DNA of 64,000 nucleotides, taken from IMG/VR virus record IMGVR_UViG_3300050821_009835, positions 200,913 to 264,912 of that record; one strand, given 5' to 3'. Positions within the stretch are counted from its first letter, which is position 1. Each line of letters opens with the position of its first letter. The notes beneath the pieces are model-generated. The model saw only the letters and a program-made list of their open reading frames with translations, did not search any database and was not told the DNA's origin. This document shows positions 44,889 through 54,231 of the stretch, one piece after another. Both the position numbers and the translations under genes were made by a program.

Positions 44889-45460
44889 GACGGAAGTAGG
44901 TTTGTGCTTTCCCAAGATTTTACAACCTTCAGCGCCCAATTGATAAGCTGCTCATGCCCTTCGTCGTTTCCTTTGATTTCCAAGTTGAAAGGCTTACCAA
45001 TTATTTCTCGAATCTTTGGTTCTAAGGCAGCTGCCTGCTCTTCTGTTTCTCGACGTTCTCCAGCGCGATAGGCATGTGCGCGCTGGATAAAGACGTTGTA
45101 AGTACCATGGCCATTCAAATGGTAATAGGTTGCGCAATTTTCTAGAAGTGCTTGTAATTCTTTATGGTAGGGAAGATGCTCAGAGTACAGAGAACCCTGC
45201 TGAAAAGGGCATTCTGCGATTGCAATATCAACCCTAAATCGTTCAAGCCGTTTCACACGCTCGAATTGCAAAGCACTAATAAGAAACTGATTGTCATCCA
45301 GTTGACAGGTGGATTGACTGTACATGTGCTCTCGAGCTTGTTCCCCAACTAATTCAACATGGTAGTGAGCTTTTTTAAAAGCAAGGAAAAGGGCTGCGGC
45401 GGCAGTTGTTTTCCCACCTCCCGGTGGAGACCACAAGTTAAAAAGTAGCATGAAACCCAA
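44819..45460 (-). CDS. NadR-C/AAA_28-like P-loop kinase or ATPase
   Basis: NLWSPPGGGKTT, ELVGEQARE, ECP, R..ETEEQA. Confidence 0.65.
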   Translation of the reverse strand: MGFMLLFNLWSPPGGGKTTAAAALFLAFKKAHYHVELVGEQAREHMYSQSTCQLDDNQFLISALQFERVKRLERFRVDIAIAECPFQQGSLYSEHLPYHKELQALLENCATYYHLNGHGTYNVFIQRAHAYRAGERRETEEQAAALEPKIREIIGKPFNLEIKGNDEGHEQLINWALKVVKSWESTNLLPSQTGGWINTPSSASQPHTVDKAD

Positions 45461-45491
45461 TACCGGAATCTTCTACAGGAGCAATTTTTAA

Positions 45492-46418
45492 ATGGTAACT
45501 CTTACTAATGGGAAGACCCTCCAAGCGGGGGATCTTGATATCTGCGTTCGAGGTGCAGACGGATCCATGATCGATCCCGCAGCGATTACTTACAGCATCT
45601 TCCAAATTGATAAGCAGATTCCCGTTCGCCCCACTCTAGCATACTCTTACGACCAGATGCAGCCGGACAAACTATCATCGCATTCGGTAAACCCTGAATC
45701 CACATTGGTTTACGGGCCAATGCAAGTTCCCACTCGCTCTTCGCAGGGATGTTACTATGTTCCTATCACTGTCCCAACAACATGGCATGGTGTCTTTCGT
45801 CTTGTCTGGTATCTGACGCAGTATGCAGGTGGTCAGCAGAACATGGTTCATGAAGAATTCGCGGTTGAAAATGTTGACCCAACTTCCATGAGTTTTGAGG
45901 CTCCCTCCGTCCAGATGGCAAAGGCTCCGCGCACTACTCACAAATACACGAAAGCGATTATGTATGTGCGGGAACTACTTTCAGATGATAACCCGGATCG
46001 AAACTATCACTTTCGTCCCCCAACTCCGAGTAAGGTGGTTGCGGGTTATACGACTCGTGTGGGGTATATCTGGACGGATCAGACGATTATTCGTATGTTG
46101 GAGATGTCGATACAGGACTTGAATACGTGGAATCCAATGAACTTAACAGCCTACACGTTGGATACTCTTCCTTTAAATTGGAGTTCAGCAGCGGCAACAG
46201 GTGCAGCGGCGAAGTGTTTGAATCGGGAAGGCGCTCGTTGGGCGGCGGATGAATTCAGTTTTTCGTTGAACGGTGTCAGTTTGGATATCAATAAGGCTGC
46301 ACTCTATCAGGGAATGGGTGCTCAGTACCGGGCAGAATTTTCAGAAATGGCCCCGTTAGTCACAGCTAACCGCCCTGGATCCGTGGGTTTACGTCAGCAA
46401 CGCTGGCTTTTGGGATGA
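45492..46418 (+). CDS. Putative neck / head-tail adaptor protein
   Basis: Ig-like N-terminus, then YVRELLSD.NPDRNY.F..P...GYIW.D; FSFSLNGVSLDI; structural gene context. Confidence 0.6.
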   Translation: MVTLTNGKTLQAGDLDICVRGADGSMIDPAAITYSIFQIDKQIPVRPTLAYSYDQMQPDKLSSHSVNPESTLVYGPMQVPTRSSQGCYYVPITVPTTWHGVFRLVWYLTQYAGGQQNMVHEEFAVENVDPTSMSFEAPSVQMAKAPRTTHKYTKAIMYVRELLSDDNPDRNYHFRPPTPSKVVAGYTTRVGYIWTDQTIIRMLEMSIQDLNTWNPMNLTAYTLDTLPLNWSSAAATGAAAKCLNREGARWAADEFSFSLNGVSLDINKAALYQGMGAQYRAEFSEMAPLVTANRPGSVGLRQQRWLLG

Positions 46419-46513
46419 TGGATTACCTGTTCCCGCTTATTTGGCCTCTGTGCAATTTGTATCATGTCCTTAGATAACTCATCAATAATCCAACTATCAG
46501 TATTATTGGTAGA

Positions 46514-48541
46514 ATGGACAAAATTCAACGGAAACAGCTTTTCTTAGAATATGCTTCCGATTCAAAAACCTGGTACGCAAAAGTACCTACTCTAGAGCCC
46601 TGTGAACTAGGTTGTGGAAGACGAGCCGCCTTTCTCCTTAAAAACTCTTGGCTCTTCTGTTGCCAAAATTCAGCCAAGCGATGCCTCAATCCTCTGCTCA
46701 CATCCAACCTTATCTGTTATGGATGTGGGCAGTCAGCTTCTTTGTTGCAAACCTGCGGACCTGTCTGTGGGAAACTCCCAACAGGAATCCGTTGCCCCGT
46801 CGCTGCAGAAGAAAACAAACTACGCAGGAAATCCTCCGCAAAACAGCATTTTCAGGATCCTGTATTTGCCACCCAACGTCAGAAAAGGTTTGTTGCTACC
46901 ATGATGAGTCGCCACGGCGCTCCGTCTGCTATGGCTTCTCCGGAACTCCGTAAGAAGATTTCTGCAACGATCCAAGAAAAGTACGGTGCGGATTGGGCAC
47001 CTAGCATCCCTGGTGTTTTCGATGCGGCTCGTCAACGTTGCCAAGACGAACATGGAGTGGATCATTGGACTAAACTAGACTCTACGAAACAAGCTCGAGC
47101 TGCAACTTGCCTAAAACAATATGGATTCTCCAATCCTGTAAAGTCCCCCATCGTGTTGAACAAACGCAGACAGAATTGGCGCAATAAATATGGGGCAGAT
47201 CACCCTCAGCAGATTAAGGCAATCACTGATCGTCGATACAAAACGTGGTTGAAAAATCAAGGCGGTTTAGTCTTTGGAAGTCCAACTTGGTGGAACAAAT
47301 ACCAGCCTTCCTACCAACAACGTACAGGATTTGCTCATCCCACTCAAGATCCTGAACGCATTAGAAAATGGATGAAGACCTTCTATCCCAGTTGTTTCCG
47401 TACTAAAGAAATGGTTCTTCCTTCAGGGAACACCATCCAGTTCCAAGGGTATGAGGACAAAGCCATCAACCATTTGCTAAAGAGTTATCGTGAGAATGGC
47501 CTGCTCTGGGGAGATGAGATCCCGCAAATTACCTATGTTAAACCTGACGGGGAGCCGGGATTGTATTTCCCTGATCTTTGTCTCGAACACGAGAAGATTC
47601 TCATAGAAGTTAAATCCACTTATACCTTGATGGAGGAGATACAACGAGGATTGCTCAGGGCCAAGTTCCAGGGAGCGTTAAAAGCAGGCTGGAATCCTCG
47701 AGTAGAAGTCTGGTCCGAGAGGGAAGATTTTCCCGTGGAGATTGACGCTAACCTGATTTGTCAGGATGACGGATTTGAGTCGTTCTCTTCCTTCATTTTA
47801 GAGTTGTGGCCAGAAGCCAAAATTTCTTTCTACGAAATAGAAGTCCCGGACATCGGCGCTATTGACTACCGCGTCCTGTACCAATTCATGAGTGGGGTGA
47901 AAAAGAAATTCAAAACTCCCCATTTTGTCGTGTTTGAAGATGAGTGGAAAACAAGACCCAATATCGTAAAAAACTTCTTGTTTTCCCTTGTTAAGTCGAA
48001 ACGACAGGGAAGTCGTATCGTACCTCAATTCCTTACTCATGGTCGCCTACTCCCTGAGCACAAAATATTCCTGCAAGAGCAGCACTACCTAGGAGCAGTA
48101 AAAACGGGAGGATTGGTGATTTCCGCCATCTGGGAAGGGAAGATTGTGGGCCTTTGGGTGTTCAAGAAGCGAAATTCTGAAACTGCGGAGTGGACTCGAG
48201 CTTGCTGGGACCACAACTTTAAGGCTTGGCAACCTCATGGTGAAGCTCTCCAGATAGCCAAGGAGAAGTTAGCGCAGCAAGGAATAAAGGAGATGGTGAG
48301 TTTCTCTGACAACCGATATCATTCAGGAAAACTCTACGAGGCTTTGGGATTTTCTAAAACAGGTGAATTACCTCCGGATTACATGTACACCGACGGGCAC
48401 GAACGCCAGCACAAATTCCGTTTTCGGGTTCCCGCAGGCGTCCCTGAGGAAGAATTCGCCGCCCGCAAAGGCTGGTACAGAATTCAAGACCTAGGGAAAT
48501 TGAGATTCGGTCTAGAAACGTCGTCACCTCCAAGCAAGTAA
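46514..48541 (+). CDS. Multidomain Hef-like homing endonuclease (repeats + PD-(D/E)XK + GNAT-like)
   Basis: CxCG/CxGC motifs; (K/R)YG..(H/N)P repeats; YFPDL...ILIEVKS; FLQEQHYLG...VSFSDNRY..GKLYEALGF...PDYMY. Confidence 0.7.
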   Translation: MDKIQRKQLFLEYASDSKTWYAKVPTLEPCELGCGRRAAFLLKNSWLFCCQNSAKRCLNPLLTSNLICYGCGQSASLLQTCGPVCGKLPTGIRCPVAAEENKLRRKSSAKQHFQDPVFATQRQKRFVATMMSRHGAPSAMASPELRKKISATIQEKYGADWAPSIPGVFDAARQRCQDEHGVDHWTKLDSTKQARAATCLKQYGFSNPVKSPIVLNKRRQNWRNKYGADHPQQIKAITDRRYKTWLKNQGGLVFGSPTWWNKYQPSYQQRTGFAHPTQDPERIRKWMKTFYPSCFRTKEMVLPSGNTIQFQGYEDKAINHLLKSYRENGLLWGDEIPQITYVKPDGEPGLYFPDLCLEHEKILIEVKSTYTLMEEIQRGLLRAKFQGALKAGWNPRVEVWSEREDFPVEIDANLICQDDGFESFSSFILELWPEAKISFYEIEVPDIGAIDYRVLYQFMSGVKKKFKTPHFVVFEDEWKTRPNIVKNFLFSLVKSKRQGSRIVPQFLTHGRLLPEHKIFLQEQHYLGAVKTGGLVISAIWEGKIVGLWVFKKRNSETAEWTRACWDHNFKAWQPHGEALQIAKEKLAQQGIKEMVSFSDNRYHSGKLYEALGFSKTGELPPDYMYTDGHERQHKFRFRVPAGVPEEEFAARKGWYRIQDLGKLRFGLETSSPPSK

Positions 48542-48606
48542 GGCGATTAAGACCATACCTATCAATGCGATACTCTCGAGTATGAGTCTTTCTGTCTTGT
48601 AAGTCA

Positions 48607-49965
48607 TTAGTTGAATTCGACCAGATAGCGGATATTCGCTTGCGACGTACGATAGACAATTTGCTCGTCGTTGATTACGCCAGAGCGACCCGGCTTGGCC
48701 CAGCAAGAATCATAACCGAGGCGTTTGCCGTTGCCGCTACCGCTCGGGATGTACTCCTTGCCCATCGCCACGTCAACCATGAACATGTAGCAGTTCTTGT
48801 CACGCGACCCGCCGTCCCAGTAGCCGTATGCATAATTTAAACTTTTTGTGCTCATCGCGGAGAAGTAGAGACCAGTCCCATACATCGCCCCTGTGGTTTG
48901 AACCGTGCTCAATTCGGTGGGCAAAACAAATCCACGTTTCAAAATCGAAAGCACATTGAACATGCGAGTGCCATGCCACAAAGATTTGATGTTACCAACC
49001 TTCTTACCGTCAGCATTAAAGGCCGCTTCCATGTGCGGGATGCGAACTTCGTATACACGAACCGGGCGAAGATGTGAGCACTCGTGACGTCCTTTGCTGT
49101 CGTAGTACATCCGCTCGATTTTGGAGATCACGTTGCGATCGTCGACCAGTTTCAATTCGCAGTTGAAAGTCTGAGCCAGTGGTTTCGCATTCACCTTGTT
49201 GACGTTGTTGATCGCGTCAGTCTGGCGCTGGTTGGCGATTTCGATAGAAGATTCTAACTGGTCTAGCAACTGAGTCTGCTTGTCCAATTGAATAAAATTC
49301 GTGTGCCATCCGCGCTTAAAGCCAACTTTCTGAGGAACATTACGAAGATAGTTGCCTAACAATTGCTGATAGGAGAGGTCTTCAGTTCGGCCCGATCTTA
49401 CATATGGGGCCATTTGATCCAGGTACTTACGAGCAGCTTTTACAGCTTCGATGGTCACAACGCCAAGAGCCGTGCGAACGATACCTGTTTCGAGGTCAAT
49501 GTCCAACTCGCCGCCTGATGCCACCAACAATTCATGACGGTTGGCTTTGGCCAATTTCTTCACTAAGGCAGATGTAATGGGGCATTTTCCACCGATTTCA
49601 GCAACCGCAACACGCTTCACTTCTTCTTTCGCCATCTGCTTGGGGGCGACGGAGCCTTGTGATCCACCAACGGTGGTGATTAACGTGTAGCTCGGGCCAT
49701 CCTTTTTGTTGGTTTTTTCACGAATCTTTGAAGCCAGGGTTTTCTCATTGAACATTTCTACTTTTGATTCGGGTTTATCCGCTCCCACACGGCCCCAAGT
49801 AAAGCGGATATCACCTGTCAGCATCTTGCCCTTGCTCATTTCGGATACAGGAGTGCTCAAGCGTTCGTACTTCCACCACTTGTTGTTATTATTTGCTGGA
49901 TCGACAGCGACATACATCTTTGTCTCGATGACTTTTACCTCGGGGGCTGTGGCCGTAGCTGTCAT
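48607..49965 (-). CDS. Poly(ADP-ribose) polymerase: WGR + regulatory helical + catalytic domains
   Basis: TWGRVG; LG.V...AV.AA...L...YLRNVP; LWHGT, GAMYGTGLYFS, KSLNY, DVAMG, YDS, NDEQIVY (H-Y-E triad). Confidence 0.92.
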   Translation of the reverse strand: MTATATAPEVKVIETKMYVAVDPANNNNKWWKYERLSTPVSEMSKGKMLTGDIRFTWGRVGADKPESKVEMFNEKTLASKIREKTNKKDGPSYTLITTVGGSQGSVAPKQMAKEEVKRVAVAEIGGKCPITSALVKKLAKANRHELLVASGGELDIDLETGIVRTALGVVTIEAVKAARKYLDQMAPYVRSGRTEDLSYQQLLGNYLRNVPQKVGFKRGWHTNFIQLDKQTQLLDQLESSIEIANQRQTDAINNVNKVNAKPLAQTFNCELKLVDDRNVISKIERMYYDSKGRHECSHLRPVRVYEVRIPHMEAAFNADGKKVGNIKSLWHGTRMFNVLSILKRGFVLPTELSTVQTTGAMYGTGLYFSAMSTKSLNYAYGYWDGGSRDKNCYMFMVDVAMGKEYIPSGSGNGKRLGYDSCWAKPGRSGVINDEQIVYRTSQANIRYLVEFN

Positions 49966-50023
49966 GTAATTATTCTACTGGATCTAAACGAAATTCAGCT
50001 AACTTTTCGATCCTTTATTAGCC

Positions 50024-51382
50024 ATGGTACAAAGTCTCCTCATTTTTAATAGCAGTTTTGTCGGAAGTCGGGATTTGTGGTGGGTGGACTCTCCTGATGC
50101 GATTAAGGGCTACAATGTGTATCGGTCCCACGATGCACCGAATCCTGCTCCAAATCAATTTTCCCCTTACGGGCCGCCCTCTCAGCTAGAGTTGGGGCAG
50201 GTACATTGGGAACTTTTAAACAAGACAGGCCCAATTCAAGGCCATTTCTATCGTGATATGACAACCTTGGAAACGGTTTCTTACACAGTCGGGCCAAATG
50301 AGTTTGTTGAGCAGCAGCAATTTGGGCGATTTGGCATTCATCTTCGGGGTATCCCCTATAGTGAAGTTGTCACTGGACGTCCCATGGTTGCCATTAGCCC
50401 AGACGATGTCACAGTTACTATTGACGGCGTTCCCCATCGTCCTGCTGAAGTACAGGGAATGGATCAAGCTGTATGGTTGAAGATGGATAACACGATCATT
50501 CCTGGTGGTCCAGATGTGGCATTAGCTGATGTGAGTAACGGCATTGTCTGGAAAGCAGATTATACGGGAACGGTGGGCTCGCCGCCTAAACTTCATGTAT
50601 TCCAAGTGACTTATCAGAAGCTGGTGAACTATGTAGATGTCTATACAAGTTTAACCCGTGCTTGGTATACCGTAGTTCCAGTAGGCGACAAGGGTGAATG
50701 CCATAAACCTGGTGCCCAGAATACTCAGGTTGTTAACACTCAACAGATTGAAAACCTGACATGGGAGTGGGCTGAAGCGGTCCGGCGTAATCAATGGGTC
50801 TTCGAAATGGAAGGTGAACCTGCTCGGATTCTGCTTCGTAAGAGTCGTGGGGAAATTTGCGGCTGCCGTGGAAGTGATACAGGCAATCAGCAACCTCGTA
50901 CAGCCTGCCCTATTTGTTATGAAACAGGATGGATTGGTGGTTATATCGGGCCGTATGATATCGTCTTTGTTCCACCGGATACAGCTCTAATTCGAGAATT
51001 GAACGAGGGTGGTGTTAAGGCTACGCGCACGTCGCGTTCCTATTTAACGGTCACCCCGATTGTTCAGTCTGGGGATATTGTTGTGCGTCGGAATGGAGAG
51101 CGTTTGGTTATTGGTAATGTAACCACAAAATCCACTCGTGGAATTATTTTACAACAAGAGTTTGATGTTGAGCTACGTCCTTTAAAAGATACAATTTATC
51201 TGATCCCTGTGGATCAACAACTGCCTGTAGTGTACAACCCGGTGGTTCAAAACAACCCAGTTCAGGGTATTGGGAATGGCGAGGGTGTTGTAGATCCCCG
51301 ACAAACTACCCCAGATAAACCATTAGAGAATCCGAATTTGGGGATTGGGAGAACACCGACTTGGGCAAAAATTCAAAACTGA
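50024..51382 (+). CDS. Putative head-tail joining / neck protein
   Basis: EGEPARILLRK..GEICGC...CPICYETGWIGGY...; VQSGDIVVRRNGER; structural context. Confidence 0.6.
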   Translation: MVQSLLIFNSSFVGSRDLWWVDSPDAIKGYNVYRSHDAPNPAPNQFSPYGPPSQLELGQVHWELLNKTGPIQGHFYRDMTTLETVSYTVGPNEFVEQQQFGRFGIHLRGIPYSEVVTGRPMVAISPDDVTVTIDGVPHRPAEVQGMDQAVWLKMDNTIIPGGPDVALADVSNGIVWKADYTGTVGSPPKLHVFQVTYQKLVNYVDVYTSLTRAWYTVVPVGDKGECHKPGAQNTQVVNTQQIENLTWEWAEAVRRNQWVFEMEGEPARILLRKSRGEICGCRGSDTGNQQPRTACPICYETGWIGGYIGPYDIVFVPPDTALIRELNEGGVKATRTSRSYLTVTPIVQSGDIVVRRNGERLVIGNVTTKSTRGIILQQEFDVELRPLKDTIYLIPVDQQLPVVYNPVVQNNPVQGIGNGEGVVDPRQTTPDKPLENPNLGIGRTPTWAKIQN

Positions 51383-51434
51383 CTCGATACATTACAGCAA
51401 AATCAACTACCACACGCAATTTAGAGAGGTAAAC

Positions 51435-51956
51435 ATGGCAAACGCAAAACAACTGGCCGATCTAGTCGTTAAAACAGCAGGAATTCTCTGTGTCGACGAC
51501 GCACCTGGAAGTAATCCTGATTTACAGGCGATAGTGGGTGATCCAGACGATAGCAGAACATCTCCCTTTGCTCAATTCAAACCCAACCCAGGAGGTACCC
51601 AAATACCTAACCCGTTATCGGCAGTTCAAGGTGACGAGATGTTCTTTGCCTATGCTATGACTCCTGGAGCAGTGTTTCAAGATCATTCAGGCCAGCAATG
51701 GATAGTGGAAAGCTATGGTTGGGATGGACAAGTAGAAATTTCTAACAGATGGTACCCGGCTATTCGCGCTCAAGTATCCATTGTAGATGTTCGTCGATCC
51801 ATAGATCAGGTTGTGGAGCCTGTTCAATTCACCGTTCCTCCGCCTCCTGCTGGTGTGGATTATGGCACTCTTTTGGTAAAGGAAAATAATAACAATGCCA
51901 CGACCATCGATGCTCATGCTGGTCAAGGAGTATCTTCTACGAGTGGTGGTTGGTAA
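51435..51956 (+). CDS. Hypothetical virion-associated protein
   Basis: GAGG RBS then MANAKQ (track start at 51345 is probably too early). Confidence 0.55.
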   Translation: MANAKQLADLVVKTAGILCVDDAPGSNPDLQAIVGDPDDSRTSPFAQFKPNPGGTQIPNPLSAVQGDEMFFAYAMTPGAVFQDHSGQQWIVESYGWDGQVEISNRWYPAIRAQVSIVDVRRSIDQVVEPVQFTVPPPPAGVDYGTLLVKENNNNATTIDAHAGQGVSSTSGGW

Positions 51957-52019
51957 AACTTCAAACTGCAGAAATAAGGGGGCGAGGGGCGTAAGTCCTT
52001 TGTTATCAATATCGTAGAC

Positions 52020-53726
52020 TTGACAGGCAGTTATCTTATTTCATATCTTTTACGTCAAATTAAGGACATTGTAGCACGGAGCCCTCGGTTTCGCAATGCT
52101 CTTGGCGATACTACTTTCCAAAATAATCAAATGATTCAATGGGGCAATGTTCAGGCAGTTATTAAAAATCTGTCTGCTTCAGGCACTCGTTTGTCTCCTG
52201 ATTATTACATGTGTACTCAACGAGGTCGCGTAACCGTTGCGAAAATGGGCGATTTTGAGGGTTCTTTTATTGAATGGCCACTTGAGTATGATAAAACTCG
52301 TCAAACCCCAATTTCTGGAGTTTATAACATTCAAATTGATGCTACTAATGAGAAGAATCAACAAATTGATCTCACTATGCAGCTATTCAAATGGACACAG
52401 GGTAATCTCAAGAATGCGCAGGGAAGTGTCGTTTATTTCAGCCCGACATTATCTGATACGGGCGAAAATATACCCGGACTGCCTCCTCAGTTCCCTCATT
52501 TGGACCTTACCACGTTGATTGCAACAGAAGCTGAAACTGGGAAATCTATTCAGATTCAAGCGTACAATTCTTCTGTAGGTGGATTTTTATACGTGTTAAC
52601 ACCATGTCAAACACTCGTGTTAACGCTGCCAAATGGGCAAACTTTAAACCAGAACGGCTCGGATTACTGGTATCAACGATCCAGTACAGTCATTATTTGT
52701 CAGTCTACAATCGGTGGCTCAGAACTACTGAATATTGATGTGCCTTTTGTTTCAGCTCAATTTCAAGATCAAAGTGGGTATGTTTTGCGACCCAACATTG
52801 ATTTTACTTGGCAGAAGGCTAATTGGATAGAACTATCTTCTTCTTCTCCAGCTGGAAGCACAATCTCCGCTGTTATTGTACAAAAAGTAGCACCTGCTGG
52901 AAATACAGCTACCAATCCAGAGAACATACTGAACATTGGGTATGTGCAGGGAACAGATTCCTTAATTCCAAGTCAGGTTAATATCTACACACCTGCAGGG
53001 ACCTTTACAGCCGTTCCGGTGAATACTGATGGGACTGTTACTCTTCCAACTTTGTTGACACCTGGTCAATGGTTGCGTTATGATATTCGCATTTCAACCC
53101 CACCTGTTACTATGCGTGGCAAGAAATATCAAATGAATGGTTTTGTAAAAACAATCGTAGACAGCACACTTTCAGCAGCCGAGCAAGCCGAGCCTTCAAA
53201 TAGAATTGTTTATTTGGATCCTGTCACTCGCCAAACTGTAGACCCATTACCCGGTTTGGCGGTAGCGATTGGGGATAGTGTTGTGGTTGGAGATCAATGC
53301 GCACTTGTAGTTAACCCGGAAATTACAGAAACGTATGAAATTTATGGGTCGAAAGATAATATTTCATTTACATTAGACACCAAAGCTAACGATCTCCAGA
53401 CAGCCTCCGATCTTGCAGAATTGATTAAGGCGCAGTTTCTCGTATTCAAGCGAGAGAACATGGAACGGGATGGTATAACCATTTTTGAGGCACCTCGTAA
53501 CATGACGAGCGTGCAGCGCGATATTTCAGGAATTAACCCAGAATACACGTTTTCTCAGGCGTTTACTGGTATGGCCGATTGGAAAGTCTACCGTCCGCTG
53601 GTTACTCGAATGGCATCGTTTGAGCTTACAGTTTCAGGGTACCTGCCAGATTTTCAGGGGAAACTGCAACTTCCTTCTCGTATACAATCGGCTGGGGCTG
53701 ATCAATTTCTCACTAGTTATGCCTGA
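52020..53726 (+). CDS. Putative tail terminator / completion protein with inserted beta domains
   Basis: C-terminal FTLDTKANDLQTASDLAELI...REN.E.DGI; upstream of the sheath. Confidence 0.5.
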   Translation: MTGSYLISYLLRQIKDIVARSPRFRNALGDTTFQNNQMIQWGNVQAVIKNLSASGTRLSPDYYMCTQRGRVTVAKMGDFEGSFIEWPLEYDKTRQTPISGVYNIQIDATNEKNQQIDLTMQLFKWTQGNLKNAQGSVVYFSPTLSDTGENIPGLPPQFPHLDLTTLIATEAETGKSIQIQAYNSSVGGFLYVLTPCQTLVLTLPNGQTLNQNGSDYWYQRSSTVIICQSTIGGSELLNIDVPFVSAQFQDQSGYVLRPNIDFTWQKANWIELSSSSPAGSTISAVIVQKVAPAGNTATNPENILNIGYVQGTDSLIPSQVNIYTPAGTFTAVPVNTDGTVTLPTLLTPGQWLRYDIRISTPPVTMRGKKYQMNGFVKTIVDSTLSAAEQAEPSNRIVYLDPVTRQTVDPLPGLAVAIGDSVVVGDQCALVVNPEITETYEIYGSKDNISFTLDTKANDLQTASDLAELIKAQFLVFKRENMERDGITIFEAPRNMTSVQRDISGINPEYTFSQAFTGMADWKVYRPLVTRMASFELTVSGYLPDFQGKLQLPSRIQSAGADQFLTSYA

Positions 53727-53744
53727 AGATTGGAAGAGTCGAAT

Positions 53745-54158
53745 ATGCGTTATGAATTTCGTTGTGAAAAATGCAAACTTGTAGTGGAACATCTTCAATC
53801 CATTAAGGATCCACTTCCTGATAAATTAAAATGCCCCCGGCCAGGATGTAATGGGCAATGCAGCCTTATTATTACTGCACCTATGATTTCTAAATCAGGG
53901 ATGACCCACGAACCCTTTGATATTGCGGTTGGGAGAGATGCAGAAGTGCGTTGGGCGGATATCCATCGTCGCCAGAATACGAGAAATAAAGTTCGTCAGG
54001 AAAGTGGAGAACAGGCTTTGGTTATGACTGGGCGAAACGAATTTCAACCAGTCAAGGGTGCAAAATTAACTCCTATAGCCATTGGTCCTGATATCCCAAA
54101 AGAATCTGGGCCAGAATCTAGAGGCACGAAAAAGATTCTTTCGGAGTTAGCTAGTTAG
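53745..54158 (+). CDS. FmdB-like zinc-ribbon protein
   Basis: MRYEFRCEKC.....HLQSI.D....KCP..GC. Confidence 0.75.
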   Translation: MRYEFRCEKCKLVVEHLQSIKDPLPDKLKCPRPGCNGQCSLIITAPMISKSGMTHEPFDIAVGRDAEVRWADIHRRQNTRNKVRQESGEQALVMTGRNEFQPVKGAKLTPIAIGPDIPKESGPESRGTKKILSELAS

Positions 54159-54231
54159 CCTGCATTCGGCAAACAAAAGCGACTTCAGCATTTTAATTAG
54201 ACGAGCGGAACATACGCTTAGGAGATAGAAT

